The notes under the pieces were generated by a model that worked only from the letters and a program-made list of their open reading frames with translations, was not told the origin of the DNA and did no database searches. A stretch of DNA of 64,000 nt from Auanema rhodensis. Lineage: Eukaryota > Animalia > Nematoda. The position numbers and the translations under genes were made by a program. Where the stretch lies: assembly GCA_964057225.1 (NCBI GenBank), contig OZ059898.1, positions 8,370,001 to 8,434,000 on the forward strand. The letters are read 5' to 3'. Below, piece by piece: positions 28,337-44,393 of the stretch; within the stretch, counting starts at the first letter, position 1, and each line of letters opens with the position of its first letter.

Positions 28337-31300
28337 TCCGGGTCTAAGGCTACTTAAGCCTAACGTATCGCAAAGAAAACTTTAAACCTGGAAATAAAGC
28401 AAATTAGCGGTATAAGCCTGATAACTAAGATGAAAAAAAGTTCAAATAATGCAGAGACGTCATATCACAAAGATGTAAGTAAATGATTACAGAAAGAAGC
28501 ATATGCAAATGCCATATTTATGTTTTTAAAAAATTCAGGTGAAAAATGATTTCTTAGTAAAAACTAGTGAGTTTTCAATAGATATATAACTTACACGTCA
28601 GTATAACTTCTTTTTATTCCACAAAGGAATTATTTGACACCGTTGAAAAATGAAACGAACTTCTGAATGTTTCTTTTCAAATATAAAAGCAATGGCAGCA
28701 AAAAAAATGGAAAAAGGAATGTGAAAAGCGTATTTGTTAAAAAACATTATGTGTGGAAATATATTTAAAAAGTACGCATGGAAAAGTCCGGTTGCTTTCT
28801 AATCAGACGAAATAGTAAACATGAGAAATATTTGTTTTCGATTATTAATGAGAAATGATTCTAATATTAACTTAAGAAAATAAATAAAAAATCTATATAC
28901 AGAAAACATGGCTAACTCAATGAGAAGTAATTCGAAATACGCCTAGTACATTCATCAATCAGATACTTCACTGTTGGACAGCTGCCCTAAATTAGTAAGC
29001 CTTCTGAAAGACCGAATGGCACTTATCCACAACATAACTCTTAGTAACAGTTTGACTGAGGGGAATATGCGGACATTTTTTTCAACATCTTATTCACGTT
29101 TCTACTGGAAATATACTAGCTCTTTCTTTTAAATCTCTCTTCCTCTGAGGGGGATCTCCTCTGGAAAACGATCCCGTTCAGTTCCATCTGTGTCTGTTTG
29201 TCTTTTTTTACACTATGGCTGTCCGTCGACCGGAACTGATTCGCTTCCGAACAACGTGAACAGGCAAACTATTTTTTTCATTCAAATGAAACCTAGAACT
29301 ATTGGCATTCTTTCCAAGTTTGAACTGTGGTGCATTGTTCAAAAAACCAAAAATCGTATCCGTATGATTAAACAAATTCAAAACAAAAATGCATGATCTA
29401 CCTCAATTGATAACTTTATTAATTGGTCTTCTGGGAGTGTTATAATTTTTCAAATAATCGAAATTCACATAAATATAATAACTGAACATGCTAATAGGAC
29501 AGAATTAAAATAGGAAAAAAAGGTATTTTCTCACAATCAAATTTACAAAAACTAACTCCCAAGATACGCAAGCTTTAACTGTGAAAGTGCATTTGAACTG
29601 CAATGAAAGGTCAGAAAATTGTGTGCATCGCATCACAGACCCAGACAGACAGTACTTTGAATTTAAAATTAAAATTATGCATGGTGGTCGATTATATCAG
29701 ATACAGTCTCATCTTCCACATAGCCAAGTCAAGTTCCGGTCAGTTTTAATCAATAGATAAAACAGGATATTCTTAGAAATACTATAAAGCTTTTTCGAAA
29801 AATAACGAAACATTGGTTATATTTACAATCAAAGCAAGAGAAACATGCATTATTCAACAAATAGGATACGATCAAATAAATTATGAAATTAAGCAACAAA
29901 TACCATTGGAGCAGCTTTAAATTTCTTACCCTTGCACAATTACCACAATTATATATATATGCTTAATTTATATCAAATATGTAGAAAAAAATAAAAATAA
30001 AGCTTATCTACAGAAATTCAAACAAGAATCCAGAAATATATACTCAAATTCAATGCGTACAAAACTTAAACTTCACATAATTATAATTATGACAAAGAAT
30101 ATAAAGGATAAAAAAGATAAAGGACAACGGAAATGTCGAGAATACAGATTGCTAACAAAAAATGAGGACAGAACATGGTAACATAAGACGATCCAACAAG
30201 CGTTCATGTACAGCTGAAGCCGCCGTATGGATGTGTAGGCGGTCTCAAAATAGATTCGTCTGTTGGCGAAGCATTGAGATTAAATTGACTATATGTTTAG
30301 AAAATACTCTTTCGCATAAACACTAATTCAACTATATTTTAATTATAACTGAAAATTATTGAAAAAGTAGATAGTCTAACTAAAATGTGTGGTCTGCAAG
30401 ACTTCAATTGATGTTGCTTGGTCAATAACCAAGAAAATAATATCAACCAGGTTGATTCGACCTTCTTCCCCTTTCCTTAATCATCCATCATGGGAAAGTT
30501 GCCTATCAATAGAAGCCTTTATATCATATTTCTAACCAGTTTTTATACAAACACTGACTTCAAAACCTTCTTCTGTGGGTTATCTAATACTATGGGATAG
30601 TCTGTATAAGAATACGTGATCTAAAAGTCGTAAAACATTAAAAAAATACTATTTAAATTTCATTTTTTCATACATTTCCAGATTCTGGCTATACCCCATA
30701 TTGGGAGACCATAAAGTATATATTCGTTATAAAACCACGATGAGAAACATATCAACATAGAAAAAAAAACGAAATGCTCTAAAGGGCTAACAATACTATG
30801 CTCTAAAAACAGATGAGTAATAACTCATTGTAATGTTGAGATTATCAATATACAAAAGAAAGTCGAATGAGAAAGATAAACAAGGCAATAAAACTTTAAA
30901 GAAGATGTTATTGAGGTCCACTAAGGGTACCTATCAAACATATCAACGATCTGTAGAACAAGGTTTCACCGAAGTTTAGTTACCAACACAAAGCGAATAT
31001 GAGAAATCACAACTATGCATATAAATGGAGTAGGAAATTTTCCGAATGCTTACTTTTTCTCTCGAAGGAATTTAACATTCAACTTTTAAACCTAGAGAGA
31101 ACTTTAACAGACCAATCGATTATGTTACAGATGAGGAAATGTGGAGTGTATGATGCGAGATGCAACAAAAATGTAAACTTTCTCATCCGAGTAGTGAAAA
31201 AAACAGAAAATAAATATTAAAACGCTTACTATTAGAAATATGCGAAGACTCATCATCACAGAGAGAGCCGAAAGATGAGGTAAATACATGTGAACATTGT

Positions 31301-31354
31301 ATGCTAAGGGAGCAGAGCCCTCACTGGGTTCAGTATTTCGATACGAAATAGTTA

Positions 31355-36460
<5,106 letters not shown>

Positions 36461-37550
36461 TGCTGTCCCTTATTCATTCACAAAAGGAATGAATTCTGAA
36501 ACAAACGGCATTATAGGCGTACATGATTCAGAAGCAAGAAAGAAAGTTGATTGGGAGATGAAAAGAATGTAAGATATTTGACGAAAGAATGAATGAGCAG
36601 GAGATAGATAAGCTTAATTAAAATTTTCAATATTCTTTTCGACAATACAATGAAATTTGCAAAGAAGTTTTAAGTCTGTTGTATGAAGATTAGAGAAAAA
36701 TCATTAAAATTATTTAAGCATGCACTCACTGAAAAAATTAAGCAATTGCGCTAATAAAATATGTGAATTTTAACTTCATATAAAAAATAAAAATGATCAC
36801 GTTTTTACAAAGGGTTAAAACAAAGACATGTGAATGATAGAAACTTCTGCACGGTTGGCAAACTCGAATTTTGATTTTGAATTTAAATAAGCGAAAGCTG
36901 GTAAGAGAAAAAGAAAAGTTCTCATAGCAGAGGAGAGAGAGAGTATCCGTAGAAGTCTGCTCCTTTACCACCCAGACTACGGCCGCCATACGCTGGTTCT
37001 CTTCGCTCCTCACACTTTTTCGTTTTTCCTCTCCATCTCTGGCCTCTCTTAGGCCCCATGTAGTCTCTAATTTTGTCTAACCACCTGCTTCTCTGGGAAA
37101 CCCCATATCTATCTTGCTCTCATAGTTTTCACACTATTCCTTTCGATTGCCAACAAGCCTACGCTACCCGAAACTCTCCACTATTTCCTGCCCTATATAA
37201 TTCACACACTATTTCCAGTATTCTTTGCTACATAATGTTCTCGTCCAATAAATAACTACAATCAATAGTCTCCTCCCCTCCATCTTTTCGACAAGGAAAA
37301 TAATTCTGATAGCGAAGAAGTTGAATGCATGCGTTGGCATATATGAGAAGCTAATATTGATGAGTGGGGGGTATAAATATAAAATCACTTCTTCAATATA
37401 ATATTTATTCTAATCAAATTAATTCTATAGCATCTACAAACCGTTGTGCCTTACCAAGTTAATGATAGTACCAGCAGGAAGGTCTCTATCGAATACAAAA
37501 TCTTTCAAAAGGCTTTACTGTACAACTTCAACTAAAAATATAACAGAACT

Positions 37551-39357
37551 CTAATGGTGATGGTGGACATAATCAGGGTCATATGAGTCCGAGTCAAAGT
37601 CTTGAGAGGTTTCCAATGAGGTAAGATCATCATAATAGGCCTCCTTGTAGTAGTATTCATACCTATAACAATGAAGTTTGCAATTACATAGAAAGCTTTT
37701 AAGAATATATACCAAGGCTCAGGCAAATGATGTCCTGTACGCCAGATATCTAATCCAGCTTGTTCATCCCCATTCTTAGCGATGTATCCGTAACCATAGG
37801 GAGACTTCAACACCTAAAATTATAGCTTATGGTTTATATAATTATCTAGAGTGATGGTGATACCTCTTTCCTCATAACATGAAGGAAATGACCAGTGTCT
37901 CTAGGGTTAGTGTACAGCTCCCCAACTTCATGGGTCAAAATACCATCAAAGGCAAGCATACGAGCATCGAACTTGTTCGTCACGCTGTATGTATCAAGAT
38001 ACTTTTCATATGAAAAATTTACTAATACTGTTGTCTCCATCCGGCCCATCCGACTTCATCAACCAGTGTGTTCCACTCAGCCATAACATCACCACTATGC
38101 CATTCAAAGAAGTCAAGGTCCAAACGCTCAATATCTTCGACAACAGTATCAGCATCACCAGGCTTTGTCCAGTCATAAGCTAAAATTTTGGAGTGAGCCC
38201 TGAAAAGATTAAATACAGCTTCCCAATAATTGAGCTTATTTACTTGAACTCTTTCAAAGAATCCTTGAAAGATTCCTCCATAACTTTAAGATATTGTTCA
38301 TCGATAACTTCCATTTCGTCAACCTATCATATAATATTTTTATTTTAATCAATGATGAGAATCATTATCTCACAATTCCTCTCTTTCTGATATTTTCAAG
38401 ACATGTCTTGACTGGAGCGTCAAGGTAGATAACAAGGTGAGGCCAGAAGTGCAACTGTGGAAGAGCATTCTTGCGAACATAATAGTAATGTTTAAAGTCT
38501 GTAATTCATGCATTATTATATTTCCATATGACTAGAGAAAAATTTAACATACACTCAAGCCCGATGTAATTCTTTTCCCTCATAGCATTAGCGAAGACGA
38601 AATCAGAAAAAGGTGATCTCTCAAGAACAACACCCTGACCTAAAACAGTTCCAATTAGTAAAATGGTAAAAAAATATTTTCAAGTATTTGAACTATCAGT
38701 AACCTGTATTGAGCAAATGAGCCAGAGCATTCAAATATTGATCAAAACGGCAGCTAAAAATTCTATCTTGCATAGCAGCAGTAAGTTTACCAAATGGGTT
38801 CTTGTAGAACATTTTGATATCAGGAATTCTGTATCTTTCAGGGAACTAAAAAGACATAATAACTCCTTTTCAAAACTTTTAGGAGAACCTTGCTGTAGAA
38901 GTTCCTCAAATCGTTGCCATATCTATCCACAAGAATATCGTCCATTTTGAATTCGGGTATATGATGAAAGCCTAATTGATCAGCTAACTCTTTGGCTAAT
39001 TTGGACTTAAAGATTAAATAAAGCAATTAGATTATGAAAAACTAAAAATTAACCTTTCCAGATCCAACATTACCTTCAACAACAATAAGTTTTGAATTTT
39101 GGTGGAAATGAGGTCGAGTGGGATCTTCCAAGTTGTCAACGTAGTTGAAACCTCGTTCCTTGTATGGCCATGGGGCGGGATAATTCTCGGGCACCCTAGG
39201 AACCTCCCTTAAAAAGGAGCAGAACAAAAAGTATTTACCTCAGCAAGCTTTTATGTACTACAGTTCTATTTTGCTGGACCTGCAACAAAGCGAGAGCAGA
39301 ATTTCTGCTATTGCTCAGAAGCCGATGAGCAGCTCCCCCCAGCTTACTCACTGACAT
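37551..39357 (-). CDS. nuo-4: NADH:ubiquinone oxidoreductase subunit NDUFA10 (deoxynucleoside-kinase fold), multi-exon
   Basis: Basic mitochondrial presequence MSVSKLGGAAHRLLSNS; YPAPWPYKE; P-loop VVEGNVGSGK; GVVLERSPFSDFVF; C-terminus YDPDYVHHHH*. Confidence 0.93.
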
Positions 39358-39359
39358 AC

Positions 39360-39469
39360 CTATATGATTAATTTTATAAAATATACGTTAAATTTTCAAA
39401 AATATATGTAGACGTGCATACGTCCGATAAAAAAGAAAAGAAAGAAAAACATTATGTTTTTTTTTTATT
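39360..39469 (-). promoter_or_regulatory. Operon intercistronic region: rnp-7 poly(A) signal, U-rich tract, Ur-like element and nuo-4 trans-splice acceptor
   Basis: AATAAA at 39469-39464; U-rich run; stem-loop GGACGT-ATGC-ACGTCT (39425-39410) followed by TATTTT (UAYYUU, 39404-39399); acceptor catatag about 105 nt after the AATAAA and 2 nt before the ATG. Confidence 0.7.
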
Positions 39470-39671
39470 ATAATAATTGTGATGATAATACATGGAACCA
39501 ACAAGATCATAACAACACACTTATGAACAATCGAATGTTATTAAATGAGAAACTTCAACTTGGACCAAGGTGATACCCCATATCAGACGGCGTATCAACA
39601 CCCTTTACAAACTCACCAAGTTGGTAGGGGAGAGACATAACTTACGGAAAATAACATGAGATATAATAAAA

Positions 39672-41346
39672 TTAATAGCGTCTTTCACGTTGATAATCAT
39701 TTCTTCTATATTCTCCCCCCCCTCCTCCTCCTCGATGATCTCCTCCACCGGAACGATATCCATTATTATAACCCCTGTTGCCGCCATAACCACCTCCACC
39801 GCGACGATCATCACGTCGGTCATCACGACGATCATCTCGCCTGTCATCCCTACAAATTTATATTCATTTAAAGCTTTTCAGATAAAAATTACCTTCGTTC
39901 GCGTTCCCTTGATCGACTACGATGTCGTTTGTCTTTTTCACCACGTTCTTTATCTCTCTCAATCCTATCTTTGTCTCTATTATTATTATCACCTCCCGCG
40001 TCTTTTTCTTCCATAGCTTTTCGTGATTCTCTAGCTCTTCTAGTATCGCCTTTGCCGCCACCTACAATAAATCTATAGATCTAGTAACATATCCTAAATT
40101 ACCTAATCGTCTAGGTAGCCAAGACTTCTGTGTGCGACCTCTTTCATAATCAACGACTAGACGCCTACCATCAACTTTAACGCCATCAGCACGTTTATAG
40201 GCATCTAAAAGATAGACTTACAATTACCCTTACAGTGGGAGTGCCAGTTCTTCGTTAGAATACATATATGACTTCCCGCACACAATGATGCTCGGTAATC
40301 TACTCCCTTTACAAACTTTGCGCGCATTCAAAAATCAACTTACGAACATAAACTTACGAAAGCTAAATTCAAAGGGTGGTTCCGCACATCGAGCCAACTT
40401 ACCCGTGTGCTTACCCGAAAATAAACCCAAAAAATGCAAAAAACATTATGGTATACCTATGTCACTACAAGCGACTTCCAAACATACCATCGCATGAGAT
40501 TGAATTGTTCGAGCATTGTTCTGATTCGTACATTTTTTTCATCTTTTACACAAGAAAATCAGAACAAATGCTCATAACAAACCTATTTAACCATATGCAA
40601 TAGAATAGCAAGCCTCAGGCTTTAGGCTGCAATTAAAAACAATGAATCTCAAAATCGCATCTTACGGGGAAACTTACGAGGAAACAAACCTCAACCGCCA
40701 AAAACCCAAAACATTAAATTTCTTTTAAAAAACTTACTGTGCATTTCTGACTTGTCGGAATATTCAATAAAGGAATAACCGCGAGGTTTACCAGTACTAT
40801 CCTGTACCATCACTAACTGCAAAAAGAATGACTTCATAATAAACCTAACTAGGAAGATACCTTTTTTACTTTACCGTAAGTTTCAAACTCACGCCTAAGC
40901 TTACTTTCAGAAGTTTCATAGTTCTATAATTTCAAAGATAAAACAAGAAAAATAGATTTTCCCACAATTCTCGAGATGAACAGGGTTTTATACGGATCCT
41001 CCGTTGCCTTTGGATTATCAGCAGGATTCCATTGTGCAATACCTTGCTCTACTTTATAAGCTAATAGCTCTTCTTTTTCACGACGTTTTCTTTCCCTTTT
41101 TTGTTCCTTCGTTTCGAGAACAACCTTTGGGGGTGTGTCGGCAGGGTTCTAAGTGATAAATGTTAAATATATATAAAAATTAAAACCAACCTCAAACAAA
41201 TGAACATACTCTGCCACTCCGCCATATCGGATCTCAGGAAGTTTTTCGTTTTTCTCAACTAATAGTGGTATAGGAGGAGGAAGATATTGAATTGGAGGCC
41301 TAGCCTCAAATAATAACATCAAATTGGGAGGCAAGAAAGCAGTCAT
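39672..41346 (-). CDS. rnp-7: U1 snRNP 70 kDa protein (U1-70K/SNRNP70), multi-exon
   Basis: [18 protein letters not shown]; [11 protein letters not shown]; [18 protein letters not shown]; [11 protein letters not shown]; EMH|[39 protein letters not shown]; RD/RE/RGG-rich tail ending ERRY*. Confidence 0.96.
40583..40626 (-). other. Putative poison (PTC) cassette exon / alternative 3' splice site inside the long rnp-7 intron
   Basis: gtttttaattgcag|CCTAAAGCC...AAATAG|gtttgt. The upstream exon ends in phase 1 (A), so A+CC TAA gives a stop at the second codon. Confidence 0.6.
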
Positions 41347-41740
41347 TTTTCCTATAAAACATAAATTTTAATTATCATTTACTGTAAGTAATAGTTATAA
41401 CAATATATTCGAACAATTCACCTGAATTGTTGTTAAAAATTTTAAAACATTGCATATATTAGAAGCTTTAGTTTGCACGCCGAATTTTCATTCGTATAAA
41501 CTTGGCGCGCACTATGTGCGGGTCAACTCCATTTTTATATTGATCCGCCCTACGTGCGGCCAGTGTCGCGCGGCGTTGTTTTGCGTCAAGTCCTCCTTTC
41601 TTGGCGCATTCTTTTTAATTATTGTGTTTCAAAATTTCGTTTTGTTGGCTGTACCATTATGCTAAGATGGTCTTTGTAGAGAAAATCATTGTTCATGTTC
41701 TACTAGCTTTTACTACTAATCGCCATTATTGTGCTAAATC
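41347..41740. promoter_or_regulatory. Bidirectional promoter between rnp-7 (minus) and the integrase-H2C2 gene (plus)
   Basis: Head-to-head start codons about 400 nt apart; CpG-rich core (about 41490-41610) with TTGGCGCGC, TCGCGCGGCG and TTGGCGC (E2F/DREAM-like). Confidence 0.65.
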
Positions 41741-44393
41741 ATGATGGACGTGAATGATTCATCTCATCATGCAGATGATGCGAATATTGTAGTAGAAGAA
41801 ATGTATGAAGAAGATGTTGATGGAGATATGGGAGTATGCATTGTATGAAAGCAACATTGTAAATTTGAATATTACAGGGACTTCTTCCTAATAATGATTC
41901 CGTACTTCGCTATGAAGACGATGAACGGAATGACGGCGATGAATACGGTGGTATGCCGCTTGAATTGTATAACAGCATAGTAACATTCAAAAGGTATCAA
42001 GAATTTCAATATGCCTAAAAACTGTTCTATTTTCTTTATAGATCTGGTATATACCCACCAACCTTAAACAGTAGGCAAGACAGAAGTGCTGCAAGTCATT
42101 GGAGGTTTTTCTCTTTCTAGAACATTGATATCTTATGTGTATATTAGGTCTCGCTGTATGAGGTTTATTTTGGCAGAAGATAATGAAACACTGTTGTACT
42201 ACAATCCAACTAGTTCTGTTAATGATCAAGCAAAAGTTGTGGTTAAAAAGGGTGAAGTCAGGCGGGTGCTAGAAAGAATCCATGAACTTATCGGGCATTT
42301 GGGACAGAAGAGAACGTGCTGTTTACTAATTGAAATAATAATTGAACCTAATCTTATTTACAGTCAAATGGTTGTATTAAAAAAGCTACATTGGCGTTCT
42401 GTTAGGCAGGATGTGAAAACATTCATCATGAATTGTTCATTTTGTAATCAGAAGAAATTAGAAGGGAAAAAAATTTTGAAAGCTCCAGTTGATATATCCA
42501 GTTTGTTCCTTTTTCCAGAGTATATAACTTTATTTAATTAAGGTGAACATTTTGGCCTGAATATTGAAGTTCGCAATAAAGCGCCAGGAGATGGTAGTGG
42601 ACAAGATAGATTATCCTTTAGTTTGATAGGGTTACTTGATATCTGTTAACAACATAATATATATTCTGATTCAGATACAATGAGCATGAAGTTCAAGCTG
42701 CTGCAATGAGTCGTATGACAACCTATACTTTCAAAGAAACTGCTCCAGACCTCAGAGGAGCCCGTTATAATCGGCTTCCCAAATCGGAATACGCTTATGT
42801 ACATATATTTTTGAAAAGACATTATGTGAAATTTAAACTTATAGGGCTCTCCTGCATTTCGAAGACAGCCATATATTAAACGCTCACGGTGTGGTAGCTA
42901 CCCCACTAGTTACATATTGCCTTATGCTCCTAAAGGAAATCGAGATGTAATTTTTGTTATAAAACAATTTTTAATGCTTTAATTTAGGAGACAGAGTTCA
43001 TCGTTTTCTCAGACCCAAGAAACTCGTCAGGCGGATATCCAGGAGAAGAAGAGGTGTTCGGGAAATATGAAACTGAGAAATATGAAGAGTTGGTTAACGT
43101 TCACAGTTTCAATGTTAGTATTCTTATTTAAGATTGGTTGATCCTCGCCCAAGTACATCTGGAGATGTCGGTCGCATAGCTGTTGAGCACGATGTTAATG
43201 CTGGGCATTCTAGTGCCTCCCCGCCTGTAGTTAATCGTCCTGGAAGCGTTAGTCACATGAAATGGAATATCTATAATTAGAGTATTTTTTGTTTTAGATC
43301 AAATCTGAACAACCGATGATTCCTAGTATGCCTGTCTATTATGATCCACCAAAGCGAAGTACGTTTAAATTATCCATAAAATCATTCAATAGTTATTCAT
43401 TTTAGCATCTAATGTTGGTAGATTATCATCATCCGGTTTAATATCGCATACGAATAGAAGAAGAAGAAATAAGTTTAATCATGGCCCTACAGGAACCGCT
43501 GCTCGATTTAGTTTAGCTGTTGGAGATGGTGAAAGGCTTGGTAATTTTTAAGATATCCGTTTTTTGTTCATATTTTCAAAATTTCAGATCTCTCTGATCA
43601 TACTGCTGAACTGCTGACACCTTTAGAAGCTGCTCAAAATAGACCTGAATTAATAGGCTTGGCTCCAATCATGTTAATGCCATCAGTTGATCTAGAAGTT
43701 ATACATTTACAGAAAGAGGTTGTTTAAATATATGACTGCCTTTTCTATGTATCTTATTGTAGTTGTTAACAAGACAGTTAAGCATACAAGCGTTACAAGA
43801 GAAAATACTTCATTCGCAGTACGAGTCGATGAGGATTCCAATTGCCAGGTTTTTTTTTATTTTGTTCCCTTATCATTGATGAAATGTCCTTCACTTAATA
43901 TGATTTAATCAAAACTAGATATAATTGTATTTTCACCTTTGATCAGTTAAGATTCAGGTACGAAGAAATTGATCCCCGCGGTGATAGAATACAGCTTCTC
44001 TCTCATGTTGGCCAAAACGTTATTGAGGTCTGTTCATGTTTTTGATTTTTCAAATTATATGACGTAATTGAATTAATGTGTAATGTTTTTTATGACAACT
44101 CAAGGTGAGTCTTTTAATGCAACTTTGTTAAATAAGTAACAAACTTGTAAATATTGTGTGCAGAAAAGTTACTTGGATCTATATATATGTTAACATATAA
44201 TATATATATATATATAGCATCCCATCTCCTGTAACTGAACAGAGTTACAGGGACCACCCATGTGCTCTAATTATATCTATGTAATCTTAAATTGCAGGAA
44301 ACCGTCGAAATTGATCAAGATCTCAACGTTATTGATAGCGATAACGAGCACGATGAAACTATCGATGTGATGAAACGCTTTAATCAAGAATAA
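41741..44393 (+). CDS. Integrase zinc-binding (H2C2) domain protein, K04G7.1-like, multi-exon
   Basis: MMDVNDSSHHADD...; IHELIGHLGQKRT-QMVVLKKLHWRSVRQDVKTFIMNCSFCNQKK is a Gypsy-type HHCC motif; no DDE core or RT; many canonical short introns; acidic C-terminus ending KRFNQE*. Confidence 0.75.

Noticed and set aside
36461-37550. ogt-1 as a third SL2 gene of the rnp-7/nuo-4 operon
   Set aside because: About 0.7-0.9 kb separates the nuo-4 AATAAA (37409-37404) from the ogt-1 acceptors, with a promoter-like GC-richer island between; an own or hybrid promoter is more likely and cannot be resolved from sequence.
39605-40061. Several overlapping ORFs (Ile/Ser/Thr-rich, His-rich)
   Set aside because: Off-frame or antisense shadows of the low-complexity RD/RGG tail of rnp-7.
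42086-42541. Active LTR retrotransposon suggested by the integrase HHCC motif
   Set aside because: No RT, RNase H, DDE core or LTRs; the motif is interrupted by spliceosomal introns.
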